Virus record (IMG/VR): IMGVR_UViG_3300045988_151163
Coordinates: 10,857 to 74,856 of that record
DNA from: a virus
Strand: one strand, 5' to 3'
DNA length: 64,000 bases
Shown here piece by piece: positions 10,264 to 23,400 of this stretch. A program made the position numbers and the translations under genes. The notes below the pieces were generated by a model. It searched no databases. It saw nothing but the letters and a program-made list of their open reading frames with translations, and was not told the DNA's origin. Each line of letters starts with the position of its first letter. Position 1 is the stretch's first letter.

Positions 10264-13200
10264 TTATGATATTGTAGCACTAACAACTTTAGTATATGTA
10301 TGTTTATGTCCTTCTGTTTCTCCTGTATAAACCGTGTTAGTCTTGAAATCAATAGTTTTACTTTTTAGAACAGTATTAACAACACTTTCTATATAGTTTT
10401 TTAAGGACGTACTCGAACCAATCATAATATTTTCTCCAGAAGCATTAAATATAGCCTTAGGAGAAGAAAGATATAATTCTGTTCCACCAGATAATCTTAA
10501 TTTTGAAGAACCACTCAAAGAAGTTTCTGATGCATTTATAGATAAACCAAAACTACCAACTCTTAAAGAACCACTTGTATTAGTTATTTCCATTTTATTA
10601 CTACCACTAGAAGCAGTTACTCTAGTAGTACCTTTCATAGAAATATCTCCACCGGTACCTTTAATACCAGATTCACCATCTGTTAAAATATTAAAATCAC
10701 CACTTGTGTCAAATTTAATATTTCCGCCACCACTTGCAGTATCATAAATACTGCTTGTAGTAATAGTCCATCCGCCTATCTGACCAGATGTCATCTGTCC
10801 ACCTGACCAATTTGCTTCTCCCGAACCAGTTTTAAAATGAACGCCACCGATAATCGCATCATTACAAGTAAGAACTCCGGCTGTACTAAAACTCCATCCA
10901 GAACCAATAATTGATCCATTACTATTAAGTGTAACACTTCCTCCTTTAAGAGTTGAATTACTAATTGTCCATCCACCAATAGTACCTCTTGTAGACCATA
11001 GTTCACCTAAATTATTTACCCTAAAAGGAGATGGATTCGGTCCCAATGAAATACCTGTTGTACCTAAGTAGAAACATCCCGATGTAGAATCTAATAATTT
11101 TGAGCTATTCCAACCAGAAGTATTATATGAGATATATCCTCCACTAGTCATAGGATGAATATCAAAAATTTTAATATCTCCTGATTTAACATAAATTGAA
11201 TCCTTATCAATAGTCCAATTTGCTATATGACCTTTAGTAGCTAAAAGTTCACCAGTTCTATCTACCCAAAAAGAATCTCCAAGAGAAAGTCCTTCATTTC
11301 CTAAATAAAAACCTTTTCCAGTTTTATTAAAATCTTCTTTAATAAAAGCAATATAACCTTTTTTACTATCTAATACTAATCCTGGTTTGGTTACACCATC
11401 TATAACAACTGTATTTGTTGACAATAGTTGATACTCATCAAGAGTCCAATTAGCAATATGTCCTGCAGTAGCCCATAAAATACCATTACTTTCAACTTCA
11501 AAAACTCCACGATTATTCTTTTTAGAACTTTCTTTACCTAATCTAATTCCTTGTGTTCCAACATACAAACTATTGTTTTTAAAATCATGTATACCATCTG
11601 TATTATATCTTAAAGAAGCATTTGAAATATCTTTTTTATCAACCTCTAAAACTAAAAAGTGATCTGAAGTTGTTGCATTCTTTTTAAAACTACCAATCTT
11701 CAAAGAACCTTCTGCGCTAAGCTCCAAATTATGACCAAAAGAAAGACCATCCGTACCAATATAAACACTAGAGCTATTATTTTCAGATTGATCAGTTGAT
11801 TGATTAACAAAAGACTTACTAATTAAATAAGAAGCTCCATGTCCAATAAAACTAGTACCTTTAAGATTTTGCCCTATTATCCAATGCGCACCACTTAAAT
11901 TTCCTACTTCAAGGATACCTGTTCCTTGCGTTCTTAATCCTGTTGAAGGTTGTATGCTTACTTTAAATGTATTACCAATACTAAAACCATCTGAACCAAG
12001 ATAGAATCCAGGTTGCATGCTATCTAAAGTATCATGTGGTTTTCTAGTATTATCACTAGAATAAATTTTGGGACTGCGGTTTTCAGGTCCATTAGCGTCC
12101 GTCAAGCCGACTGAGTTACCGCTATCAAGCACGAGCTGCGCGTTATTTTTTATTACACTAGATAAGGTATTTTCGCCAATTTCCCATCCGCCAATAACTC
12201 CAGATGTAAATGTACTTTTACCTTCAGAGTTAACATTCCAATAACTACTCTTTATAGCACCATCGGTTAAGTTAATAAGCATACCCTGTCCGCTTGAATA
12301 ATTATCTCTTTCTTCTTGAGTTTTTAGATTATTAAAATCTATTTCACTAATAAAGCTACCATCTTTTTTGCTATAATAACCTTTTCTTTTTGAATCATAT
12401 TTATAATAATTTCCAGAATATATTGAAGCAAAAGCCTGATTTGGACTAATTACAATCTGACCTTGTCCTGGCATACCCATAAACGCGGAACCTGTTTTAG
12501 CATCTAAAAAGATAGATTGAATACCTTGTGAATATCCAAATAAACCAATATCTTTATTTCTTAAATTAAGGTCATTTTCAGTTTCAGAAACCATGCTTCT
12601 GTTAACTGAAGTTCTAGCACCCATAAACATTCCTGTAAAAGTATTATTGTTCGTCTTTACACCAGCACCAATCTGAGGACAGAACATATATTCGCCATTA
12701 TTAGATAAATAATATTTTTTACCATCCCAGTTGTTTAGACCAGGAATTTCATATGAATTACATTTCATATTTATTGGTCTAATAATGATAACTGATTCTT
12801 GACTAGATTCAATACCTATATTTAAGTCAGCTATTTCTTTATTTTTATTCTTAATATCTGTATTTAATTCTGATGTTTTTGTACTATATTTTTCTTGTAA
12901 ATATTGTAATGGAACTAAATAACTATTTTCATAAGTTTTTAATAAATCAGTATTATATTTCTCAGTTATACTATTTATACTTTTTATCTTTGTATTTTTA
13001 ACATCATCAGCTAAGGTCTTTAATATATTATCTTTCTCTAAAGTTTTTTCTCTTGTTAATATAGCATAATGTTGTCTTATAACAGCAATTTCTTTACCTT
13101 TTTCTTCATCAGTAAAATCTTTATTTGCTTTAATTTTAGCTATTTCTTTACTACAATTATCATTTTCATTTGCTGTTAACTCCTCATATCTTTTTTGAAC

Positions 13201-16200
13201 AATATCTTTAGCTTCTGAGTATTTTTTACCAGATAAAGTTCTATTCTGATATGATATAATAGGTTCACTAGAAATAATGATATTTTCTTTATTGGCTTCA
13301 ATTTTACCTAAATCTAAAACATATTGTTGATTTAATTGGCCTCTTTGTTCTAGTATTTCATCAGACTCAATTTCTCTGCCGTATGAATAAAGTTTTTGCT
13401 TAAAATTAACAAAGATATTCCAAATATCAACATAATTTTTTTCCACATCATTTCCGCTTACATACTCTGTAATATTCACATAGTATCCACCTAATGTGTC
13501 TAATAACTTTTGATATTCTTCTTCTTGTTTTGCTAATTCAGCCAAATTTTCATTCTCAACTACATTTTTTAATTTAGCAGTAAAATCACTGTAATTAGTT
13601 GTAACTGTTTTATTTTTAATACTTTGATTAAAAGTATTAAAAGCATCAATAGAGCTTTGTAAAACGTTAATGTCTTTTCTAATAATAGTTCTAATGCCAT
13701 TACCATATAAAGTTGAAATTCTAGAGAAAACATCTTCAAATAAAGAAGATATAGATTCAATGTCATTTCCATCATTATATCCAATACCATAAACACTTGT
13801 CTTAGTATTTAAAACAGATATAATAATATTATTTATAATATTTAATTCATTATAAATAAAAGTATCTGCACTCTTAGAGCTGCCTATTTTAATTCCATTA
13901 GAAAGAGTTAACTCACTCATATTAGATTGAGCTGAGACATCTCTATCTAAGTTATTTATTGCGTTAATAATATTTTGTAATGCATCTATACATTCACTTC
14001 TTTTTTGAAGTTCCTCTTTACTCTGTTTAAGTAAGTATTCTATCTGATAAAGGTTACATGCTTTTAAAAATAATTCTAAATTACTATAAATTGAATTGTT
14101 CTTATCTAAAGCTTTTTGTAATTCCTCTTTCTCAGAAGTAATTTTACTTAATTTATCTTTTAATATCTTATTCTCAATATCGACTTTTACTTTAATATAA
14201 TTATAAAAATCTCCAGATTGGAAAAGAGGATTTGGTTTTGCAACAGGACACTCATTATCTTCAGAAACAGATATTTCATGTATAGTCATATTCTTATCTA
14301 AAAAGATATTACTATTTGCACTCCAAGAATAATTACATTCTTTACTATCCACTCCAATCAAATTACTTTCACATCTAAAATTCTCTGTATCATCATATTG
14401 AGGATTATTTCCCGCTGAAGTATATAATACATTATAAAAGCCACCTTCAAGTGATGGAACAAAAGATTTAAAACTTCCATCAGAAGCAAAATCCGTTTGT
14501 GGCTTTTTGATTCTAGTAATTTCAATAGGATAATCATAGTAGATATGTAAATCATTATTATAGATATTATTTAAGTCATCTGTACTTTGATCCGCAGTTG
14601 CTTTTAAATTAGATAATGAAATATTTGCCTGTACGATTATATAAGGGACATTATTTTCATTAGTCCATTGACTTAATTTATTTTTATCACTATTTGTAGG
14701 GATAATATAACAAGAGCTAGCGTCACTATCTGATATAGCGAAAGGACAAAAATATTTGTTTTCTTTCCATCCTAAGCCTTGTTTTTCTCCACTATCAAAG
14801 ATATTCCAAGATACATTAGCTTGACCTGTTTGAGAAGAAGCACTTGTATTTATCTCTTCTCCATCTTTATAGACTTTGACATTTAATCTATATAAATCAC
14901 CTTTAATATGTGAATAGTTATTGTTTGATAAAGAATAACATTTCTTTAAAGTATTACTAACTAAATCATAGATATACCAATCAATAGTACCATCATTATC
15001 TTCTACTGCAACGAAACGCATTTTTACAGGATGCTCATTACCATTATCATCAACATAAATATCTCCATAGCGATATTCCGTATCTCCAATTTTATAGGTA
15101 ACAAAAGCAGTATATTTAGTACCATTAGTTCCATTCTCACCATCTTTTGAGAATCTAATAGGCACATCTTCATATAATACTGTATTACCAAAAATAATGG
15201 TTAAACTTGAAAGACTCTGCGCGGACTTCGCGTTATAGCGGCTAGCAAGCTTGTACTGTAGACTCCTATTAGCGCCATTCCCGCGTATATAATAATAATT
15301 ATCGTCTTTTGTTATAGCAGAAGTATTATCTTGATTTATACTTTCAAAATAAACCAAATTAGGCTTTAATAAACTGTTGATTGGAACTTTCCAAACCCAA
15401 CTAACTCTATCATATTCAGCCTTAGAGATCTCTTCACCGGTGGCCGCGCTTATAATACTAAATTCAACAGGTTTAATCTCCAATTTCTGCAAACTTAAAC
15501 CATCATAATTATCACTATCTGGTGCGTCACCATCTGCATCATAGTTATAATTTACATTAGCATTATCTAAAACGACTAAGAAATCTTGCCCTTCTTTTGT
15601 TCTTATACTGATTTGTTTTGTTTCAATAGGATAAGCAGTAATTGAACCAGACGCTTGCTTCTTATTAGTATAAACGTAGACCTTAAAAATATTCATGTCT
15701 GATGTTAATGAACTTACAGGAAAACTAATTTTAGTAGTATAAATGCCATCAGTAATATTCTTATCGTTTAAAGCTATGATACTATAAAAATCGTCTTGAC
15801 TAATGATTCGACCTTGCTGGTCAATTTGCTCCCATACGTAATTTAACTCTTCATCACGAACTACATTATTATATAAATTAGGATAATTTACTTCACAAGT
15901 TAAAGTTACATTACCTACGTTTTCGAGATAAGTATTATTTTCTTTATCTGCATATAAATTAACTTCTTTAATTAAAGAATATAAATTACTTATGGTTAAC
16001 TCTCCATAGACCCATAATTGACCTTCATTAGTACCAACATAACATCTAATTTTAGATTTGTGTTTAATATCTTGATTTGAGATCGTCACCGAACCCGCTG
16101 TTGTATTAAAAACAAAAGAGCTATCATTCTGTGCTTCACCTAAAACCTCTGTTCTAGAATTTAAACATCTCCAATTCACGCCCGCAGAACGATGATAATA

Positions 16201-17367
16201 CTTACTTGTCTCATTTACTGTTGGATCTTCGATAAACCAATAAACAGGCATTTTAGCATAAGAAGTCTCAAGTCCATTTAGAAATACCTTCAAATTGATT
16301 TTCTTTTCTTCAATAGAGGAAACATCTTGATTAGCAAAAAAAGGTCCATTCTCTGCTGTTAATACAACTTTATATCCGCCTTCAACTGTTTCAATATCTT
16401 CACAAACAGTTAATTGAATATCTTTTAATATAATATCAGCCCAAACATTTTTATCTGTTTTAGCTGGATCTTGCGGGAACCCATCAACAAAAGCAGTAAC
16501 TTTAATGCTTCTCTTTTTATCAAAAACAATTTCGTCTCCAAAATTAAGAACTAAATAATTAGTTTGATTAGACCAATTTGTTAATTCATATGGATTACCA
16601 TTAAAAACCTTAGAATCTAAATAAAATTCTTGAATGTCATCTTTTAAAATTCCATCTGCATTCTTTCTGCGGATTGGGATCTCAACCTTAATTCCATAAG
16701 AACCAGAAATCCTTTGTTCTTTTGCAATAGAGGTTTTAACATTCATATTTAATTTTAAGATATTATATCCACTATCAAAATATCCTTTTAATAAATCAGA
16801 CAAATCATATGGAACAATATCATTTATATCTATAGTTTCATCTTGATAAGATGCAAACTTAATTAAATTATAATTATTAAAAAGATTTTGACTTACTTCA
16901 ATTCTTTTTACTGTTTCTGCTGTTGTTTTATCTTCTCCAACCACTGTAACAGAAGGTGTTACAGAGTTTAAAATAACAAGAGGATTATCAAAATCTCCTC
17001 TTGGAACTAACACTAACACATGGTCACCAACTGAATAACTAGGCGTACTTGCATGCGCTTGCAATTTATCATTTTCTAAATATTTTACTCTATAGGTCGC
17101 GGTTCCTTGGTCCACTATCTCCATGACTTCCATCTCATAAGAAACATCACTTTGAACTGCGGATGCCGCGTTCTCTGACACTGAAGCTACAGCATCATAA
17201 ATTGAATTGGAGATATAGTCTGCTCCCTTATTCAATGAAGTATTGGAAGCTGCTTTAGTAAAATTCTCTTTTACTGTAGAATCAACTTGAAACTTAGTGT
17301 AGTCTGTTGCCAATACTCTTTCCTCCTTTTTCTCTTCTTTATTAGAATATGAAAAATTAAATCTCAT
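10264..17367 (-). CDS. giant tail protein (about 2368 aa): central coiled coil and four C-terminal about 65-aa repeats with G-x-I-(A/G)-(N/G)-W-T-(I/L) motif
   Basis: start placed at ATG 17365-17367 (MRFNFSY), 9 nt downstream of TATAAT of promoter 17377..17405; motifs GHIANWTLD, GHIANWTID, GTIGGWTIS, GQIGGWTIT. Confidence 0.55.
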   Translation of the reverse strand: MRFNFSYSNKEEKKEERVLATDYTKFQVDSTVKENFTKAASNTSLNKGADYISNSIYDAVASVSENAASAVQSDVSYEMEVMEIVDQGTATYRVKYLENDKLQAHASTPSYSVGDHVLVLVPRGDFDNPLVILNSVTPSVTVVGEDKTTAETVKRIEVSQNLFNNYNLIKFASYQDETIDINDIVPYDLSDLLKGYFDSGYNILKLNMNVKTSIAKEQRISGSYGIKVEIPIRRKNADGILKDDIQEFYLDSKVFNGNPYELTNWSNQTNYLVLNFGDEIVFDKKRSIKVTAFVDGFPQDPAKTDKNVWADIILKDIQLTVCEDIETVEGGYKVVLTAENGPFFANQDVSSIEEKKINLKVFLNGLETSYAKMPVYWFIEDPTVNETSKYYHRSAGVNWRCLNSRTEVLGEAQNDSSFVFNTTAGSVTISNQDIKHKSKIRCYVGTNEGQLWVYGELTISNLYSLIKEVNLYADKENNTYLENVGNVTLTCEVNYPNLYNNVVRDEELNYVWEQIDQQGRIISQDDFYSIIALNDKNITDGIYTTKISFPVSSLTSDMNIFKVYVYTNKKQASGSITAYPIETKQISIRTKEGQDFLVVLDNANVNYNYDADGDAPDSDNYDGLSLQKLEIKPVEFSIISAATGEEISKAEYDRVSWVWKVPINSLLKPNLVYFESINQDNTSAITKDDNYYYIRGNGANRSLQYKLASRYNAKSAQSLSSLTIIFGNTVLYEDVPIRFSKDGENGTNGTKYTAFVTYKIGDTEYRYGDIYVDDNGNEHPVKMRFVAVEDNDGTIDWYIYDLVSNTLKKCYSLSNNNYSHIKGDLYRLNVKVYKDGEEINTSASSQTGQANVSWNIFDSGEKQGLGWKENKYFCPFAISDSDASSCYIIPTNSDKNKLSQWTNENNVPYIIVQANISLSNLKATADQSTDDLNNIYNNDLHIYYDYPIEITRIKKPQTDFASDGSFKSFVPSLEGGFYNVLYTSAGNNPQYDDTENFRCESNLIGVDSKECNYSWSANSNIFLDKNMTIHEISVSEDNECPVAKPNPLFQSGDFYNYIKVKVDIENKILKDKLSKITSEKEELQKALDKNNSIYSNLELFLKACNLYQIEYLLKQSKEELQKRSECIDALQNIINAINNLDRDVSAQSNMSELTLSNGIKIGSSKSADTFIYNELNIINNIIISVLNTKTSVYGIGYNDGNDIESISSLFEDVFSRISTLYGNGIRTIIRKDINVLQSSIDAFNTFNQSIKNKTVTTNYSDFTAKLKNVVENENLAELAKQEEEYQKLLDTLGGYYVNITEYVSGNDVEKNYVDIWNIFVNFKQKLYSYGREIESDEILEQRGQLNQQYVLDLGKIEANKENIIISSEPIISYQNRTLSGKKYSEAKDIVQKRYEELTANENDNCSKEIAKIKANKDFTDEEKGKEIAVIRQHYAILTREKTLEKDNILKTLADDVKNTKIKSINSITEKYNTDLLKTYENSYLVPLQYLQEKYSTKTSELNTDIKNKNKEIADLNIGIESSQESVIIIRPINMKCNSYEIPGLNNWDGKKYYLSNNGEYMFCPQIGAGVKTNNNTFTGMFMGARTSVNRSMVSETENDLNLRNKDIGLFGYSQGIQSIFLDAKTGSAFMGMPGQGQIVISPNQAFASIYSGNYYKYDSKRKGYYSKKDGSFISEIDFNNLKTQEERDNYSSGQGMLINLTDGAIKSSYWNVNSEGKSTFTSGVIGGWEIGENTLSSVIKNNAQLVLDSGNSVGLTDANGPENRSPKIYSSDNTRKPHDTLDSMQPGFYLGSDGFSIGNTFKVSIQPSTGLRTQGTGILEVGNLSGAHWIIGQNLKGTSFIGHGASYLISKSFVNQSTDQSENNSSSVYIGTDGLSFGHNLELSAEGSLKIGSFKKNATTSDHFLVLEVDKKDISNASLRYNTDGIHDFKNNSLYVGTQGIRLGKESSKKNNRGVFEVESNGILWATAGHIANWTLDEYQLLSTNTVVIDGVTKPGLVLDSKKGYIAFIKEDFNKTGKGFYLGNEGLSLGDSFWVDRTGELLATKGHIANWTIDKDSIYVKSGDIKIFDIHPMTSGGYISYNTSGWNSSKLLDSTSGCFYLGTTGISLGPNPSPFRVNNLGELWSTRGTIGGWTISNSTLKGGSVTLNSNGSIIGSGWSFSTAGVLTCNDAIIGGVHFKTGSGEANWSGGQMTSGQIGGWTITTSSIYDTASGGGNIKFDTSGDFNILTDGESGIKGTGGDISMKGTTRVTASSGSNKMEITNTSGSLRVGSFGLSINASETSLSGSSKLRLSGGTELYLSSPKAIFNASGENIMIGSSTSLKNYIESVVNTVLKSKTIDFKTNTVYTGETEGHKHTYTKVVSATIS

Positions 17368-17376
17368 TCTTATTCT

Positions 17377-17417
17377 ATTATAACCAAAAATAGCGGAGAG
17401 GTCAAGTCCTCTCCGCA
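17377..17417 (-). promoter_or_regulatory. terminator hairpin after the tape measure protein (GCGGAGAGG/CCTCTCCGC + T-run) whose loop/stem carries the -35 (TTGACC-17-TATAAT) of the giant tail gene promoter
   Basis: read on minus strand. Confidence 0.5.
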
Positions 17418-17426
17418 TAATTTCTG

Positions 17427-20400
17427 TTATTTTCTAATTCCGTTCTTTTGTGCTGCAATATTTTTAAGATTAAGTAAAGCTTGTTCAATTTCTGCCGCAT
17501 TGTTAGCATTAGGGAATTCTGCAACAATGTTATAAACATTATTTTCTTCTTTATTGCTACCTGTTGTTGTTGAAACAGTTTTTCCTTGACCAATTTCATT
17601 AGTCATACTAGAAAGTCTTTCTCCAACTACATCAGAAATAGCATTTTGAATTGAAGAAATAATATTTGGCATACTTCTAACAATTTTTACTGCATCTAAA
17701 ATATTTTCTGTATCAGAAGCATTTAATACAAGTTCTTTTTGATGTAAAATACCAAGTCTACCATTATCACTATCTAAGCCATCTCCTTGAGACATAGGCC
17801 AATTTCCTGTATAACCACCAGTTTTTGCTCTAAAACGATAGCCTTTCTTTTGATCTCTGGTGGAAGCAGCAACTGTATAATTAGTATATTTTCTTTTACC
17901 TTCAAGTGTTTTCGCTCTAGCTATTAGCGTTGCAATTTGCCGACCCGCAGAATCTCTTGATGCATAAGCTGTATCATCTTCAACCATAATATTTCCGTCT
18001 CCACTATTATTAACAATCCAATATTTCATTTTATTATTGGATAAACTAGCAGTGGTTGATGTTGTTCCATCATATCCTCCACCTGAGCTACCGCCGCCTC
18101 CAGAACTACCAGATCCAGAATAACTATAATCTCCATAATTTGTTGCACTACTAAAAGTAGTTTGACTAGCAGTTGCCGCAGCTTGCATCAGAGATAAATA
18201 CTGTTGAATATTGTTAATAGCATCTTTGATAGATTGAACCACACCCTCCCAAGCAGTTTTAACTTGATCAACACTATTTCTTAAATTCTCTAATTGAGAA
18301 CTACTATCTGAAGCAAGTTCAGCAGTCTTATTCTTCAAATTATCTGTCTCATCTTCTGCTCCTCTAATCGCGCCTGATATACCATCTGGTCCAAAATCTT
18401 GTCCAGCTTTATCGGCAGTGTCTGAAACTTGTTCTTCATATTTTTGAGTTGCTTCAATTAACTTATCATTTGCATCTGTAACCATAGCTTTCACGCTAGA
18501 GCCATCATCGCCAGCCCATTTCTCAATCATTTGATCTGCGGCTGCATCCCAGATACCTTTACCTTCAACAAGAGAAGATTCAATACTATCTACAATACCG
18601 TTCATATTATCTCTAACAGCATCATATATGCTATTAAAATCACTGATATTGTTATCTGTAGCTTCTTTAATTAATCTCTGCTGTTCTGATGTCATAGATG
18701 CATAAGCTTCTTCATCTTGCTTGTAGATCTCAAGAGTCAAACCTAATTGAGCTTCTTGCAATCCAGACTTCGCGGTTGCCGCCTCACTGGCATATCCCAT
18801 CGACATTTCTTGGTACCATTTATCCAGATCTGCCATCTCTTGACTGTCCGCGCCGTATTTTTCAAGATACTCTTTTTTCTTAGATAAGTATTCTTGATCT
18901 AATTTTAATAAGTTTTCAATATTAGATTGATATGCTGTTTTAGATAACTCATAAAGTTCTTTATAAGAATCTAATAACGCTTGACGCTTACTAGCAACGT
19001 CGTCTTCATCTGCAACATATTGATAAGTCCAGTTACCTTCTTGATTTCTAGTAACTTTCATTGTATTTTTACTATTTTGAGCATCTTCTAAAGCAATTTC
19101 TTTTTGAAGAATATCAAATCTAGCATTTGCTGCATCAATATCATATTGAGTTAATTGTTTCTTTTCTCTTAAAGCTTTAAGCTCTTTTTCTTGGAACTCT
19201 AACAATTTCTGTTTAGCTTTTACACTCTTGGTGTCTGTAATAGCTTGATCGACATTAGCTTTAAAAATTTCTGTATTATAAGCTTTTTCTGTTGCATCCA
19301 TATACAAGTCTGCGGATTCTTTTAATCTATCCCATTGATCTTGCATATAGTCAAGTGTTGTTCCACCAGTTATTTTTTTCTCAAGAGTATCAATAGTAGA
19401 AGAAATAGTGTTTTGATATTGGTCTTTAATAAGATTTATTCTATCAAGTACTGCGTCATTTAAGTCTTGTTCACAATCACGCATCTTTTCATATGCTTCT
19501 TGATAAGCTTCACTTTCTTCTCCATAAGATTGTTTCGCGGCTTCAGCTTGTTCTGCCCAGAACTCCTTCTGCTGTCTCAAAGATTCGATTTGAGCGCCGC
19601 TATTATTGATTTGAGCAGAATATAATTGGTCCATCATATCATATGCTTCTTCTCCATAGATTAACTCTATAAGTTCAGCTTGATATTCAAGATTGTCATT
19701 TATTCTATCAAATTCATCCATTAAGTCTTCAAACTTATCTGCAGCTTGATCAATACCATCCATATAAGCATCCCAAGCATCTTGGAACAAATCTTTCATA
19801 TCTTTAGCATGATCCATCAAATCGCTTTGAAGTTCTTTAAGTCTGTCTTGAGCCTGAGAAATTGTTTCAAACATACCAGAATAACCCGTAGTATGTAAAT
19901 TCATAATTTCTCTTTCAACTACTCCTATAGCAGCTAGATCCGCGGCAATCGTACCATTATCACCTTGATATGTACTAAATGAAGCTACTATGTTTTTGCT
20001 CTTTTTACCAAGATCTTCATATACCTTAGTGAAATCTTCTTCCATTTCCGCCAAGAAGTCTTGCATATCTCTTTCAGCTTCAGAAAAATCAAGTTTAATT
20101 TTATAATCTTCTTCAAATATAGCTAAAGTATTTTCTCTTTGTTTCTTTTCTTCTTCTGCAATCGCATCAGCGACATCTTTCATTTCATCATATAATAAAG
20201 TATCATATCTTTCAATTTGTTTCTTAAAATCTTCATATTTTTGTTTGGCTATATCCATACCAGCTTCATCTAAAGAGCCTGCATTATATGCACTAACAGC
20301 TGCATTATAAGCATTTATTTGAGCTTGATATGCTGCTTCATAGTTAGTGATCTCACCAGTATCTTTAAATGCAACTCCAAAAGATTTAAGTCTGCCTTGT

Positions 20401-23400
20401 ACTTCTTGTGCTTCTTGAATTTGAAGTTTTTGTTTTTCCTTTTGTTTATCAATCTGTTGGTCTAATAATTTATTCTCTTCTTGTAAACTTTCAATAAGCT
20501 GTTTTCCGGACATTGTGCTTTGCTTATCTTCAAGTTTATCAAGTTCATCATTAATAGCTTCAAGAGCTTTATTAACAGACCAATATCTATCTACTTTGTC
20601 GTCAGTAAATTCTTCTTCTTTTTTAGAAGAAGAGCTTCCTCCGCCTCCACCTTTAGATGCGCCTGCTGACATACTCTTACCAAGATTTGCTCTAACATTG
20701 CCAATAGCAGCAAGTTTAGTAGATAAACTTTGCATAACAACTTTAGCTGCATCTTTATGCTTAAAGATACCATCTAATCCTGGAATTTCAGCTAATTGAT
20801 TAGCTAAATTAGCTGCATCAACTGTAGCACTTTGCATTTGCATAGCTAAATTATATACAGCTGTTTGTGCAGCACTCATTTTTTGCGCGCTGGAAGTAGC
20901 TGCATTTCCAGTTAATTCTTCTGCTAAAGCCAAATCATCATTAGCCAATCTTGCTAATTGAGACATAGCTTCATCAACAGCTTTAACCTCTGCTAAATCT
21001 AATTGCGCATTTGCCAATGTTTCTAATTGGCTTTGATTCATAGACATTTGTCCATTTTGAATCTGTAAAGCAGCTAAATACTGGTCATCCATATTTAGAA
21101 GAGTATTAAGATTATCAATAGTTAAGAATCCATTTTCATTATATGAATCCATTATGCTATTAAGAGAATTATATGCACCTTGAATGCTACTTAATTCTCC
21201 TGTGATATCACTCATTTCTTCTTTAGCTTTTTCATGCACAGCAGTCCAAACTTCTACTTGATCAACATTGTCTTCAGTAGAATTGTTTAAATCATTTTGT
21301 GCTTTATTTAAACCGTTTGAAACATTAGTTAAGTCTTCTCCTTCATCAATAGCATCTTTCCATGCTTTAATTTGATCTTTATTAACACCTATTGTTTCTG
21401 AAACAATATCTATTGCATTTTTTTCTTCATCTGTTAAACTATCAAATCCATCTTCTTTTAATTTTTCTATTGCTGAAGTAGCTTTTTCAATATCATCAAC
21501 ATTTAAAAAAGAATCTAATCCAGGAAAACTTTCTATTTCTTCTTTTATGTTTCCAAGGGCACCTTCTAATGTTTTAAAATTTTCTATTGCAGTTGAATAA
21601 GTTTTGTCAACAGAGCCAGAGTAATCTACAGAAGAACCTTCTCCCCTTTTGATAGTACCTTCTTGGGTTTTTTCATAGCCAGTATAGCTATAACTCGTCA
21701 TTCCTTCAACTTGACTTTGAGTAGTTAATGATTCATTATTAGCTTTAGCTTCTGCATTAACTCTATCTTCAATAGCTTGAGTTAACTCTTTTTCTTTTTC
21801 TATTCTTATATCATAAAAAATTTTTAATTGAGCAATTTGTTCTGATGAATCTAATTTTTCAAAATCTTCTTGAGTGCCAAAATAATCTTGAATACCTTGA
21901 TCGGCGAATAAACTATCAATTTGTTCTTGAGTTAACTCGCCATCTTCTAAATTCTCAAGAACGCCACCCGCAACAGTAGCAGAACTTCTAACCTCGGCTA
22001 GTACAGAAAAATCACCTAAACCATCTATTTGTTTCTGAAGATTTTCTCCTGCATCTTCTGGTAAAACTAAATCAATATTATCAAGAATAGCTTTTGCATC
22101 TGAATCAGATATGCTTGCCATTATATCTTGAACAGTTTTTTCTGCATATCCTTTTTCTATCAATGCTCTAGATGCTTCATATTTAGAAGAATATTGTAAT
22201 AAAGCATCATTTCTAGCTGTCAAATATGTAATGGCATACTGTCTTGCATCTTCTATAGCTTTTTTATTTTCTTCTTTGCTGTAATCTTCTCCTTCGACGC
22301 CTTCTTCTTTTTTCCACCCATAAGTTGATCTTGTTTTTTCTACAATAGCAGAAATACCTTTTTGATAATCTGTATATGAAACATCTTTAGAACCTAAATT
22401 CTTATTATTAAAAACTTCATTTGCAGAATTTTCTCTTTCTGCTGTTTTTCCTTTTGTCTCTGCGTCTTCCCAATTCGTAATAGCAGTTGAAATGGTTTCT
22501 GAATTTAACAATTCTGAAATTTGCTTAGAAGCCATTGAAGGATTTTCATTCAGAATTTTTACTAATTCTGCATTATTTTCTGTTGCAACTTTAGTTAAAC
22601 TTTCTACAGTAATATGATTACTATCAGTAAATCTGATACCTAATTTATCTAATTCTTGAGCCAATTTCTTTTCGCTATCATTTCTACTCATCATACCTTG
22701 TAGATCTAAAGTATCTTGACCTTGACCAACTCTATCAATTCTAGCACCAGCTTCTTTAACTATATTGGCACTAATAGAAGCAGTCTGTTTTTCTTTTTCT
22801 TCAGAAGTAGCTTCTTGTATATCTACATTGCTATCAGTTTGAACTTGCTTTATAATATTATCTAATTCTTCATAATCCGCGGTAAGCGCTTGTACTGCCG
22901 CACTCTGAATACCGTGTTGCTGACAAAGTAAATAAACTTGTTGTCTAAAAGCTTCTAAGTTATTTTTCTTATATTGCTCTTTTAATGATTCGTAACTAGA
23001 AACTAATTCATTAACAGATTCTTTTTGTTCTTCCGTTGCTAATGTAACTTCATGAGCTGCATTTGCTGCATTTTCTGCTGCCTTTGCATCTTCTTCAACT
23101 GCTTTTTTGTGAGCTTTGTAAAGTGCAATACCTCCAATTACTGCTGCGGTTACGAGAGCCATAGCTCCACTAACTATGCCTATAGCAAGTCCTAAAGAAT
23201 GTGTTGCTGCTTGATTTTTAATTTTTTCTATTGTATTTAATTTTGTTACAGCAGTATTAGCTGTTGTAGCTACTGTTGCTTTTGCTTCAATTCTTGCAGA
23301 TAAACTTAAAACCGCATTTTTTACTTTTTCAGCTGCTGTTTCAGCCAAAGTTGCAATTCTATTTGATTCTTTTACAGCAATAAAAGTCTCATAAACGCTA

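Noticed and set aside
17402-17599. Minus-strand 65-aa ORF overlapping the 3' end of the tape measure gene
   Set aside because: It is in a different frame inside the tape measure gene with no RBS, so it is a chance ORF.
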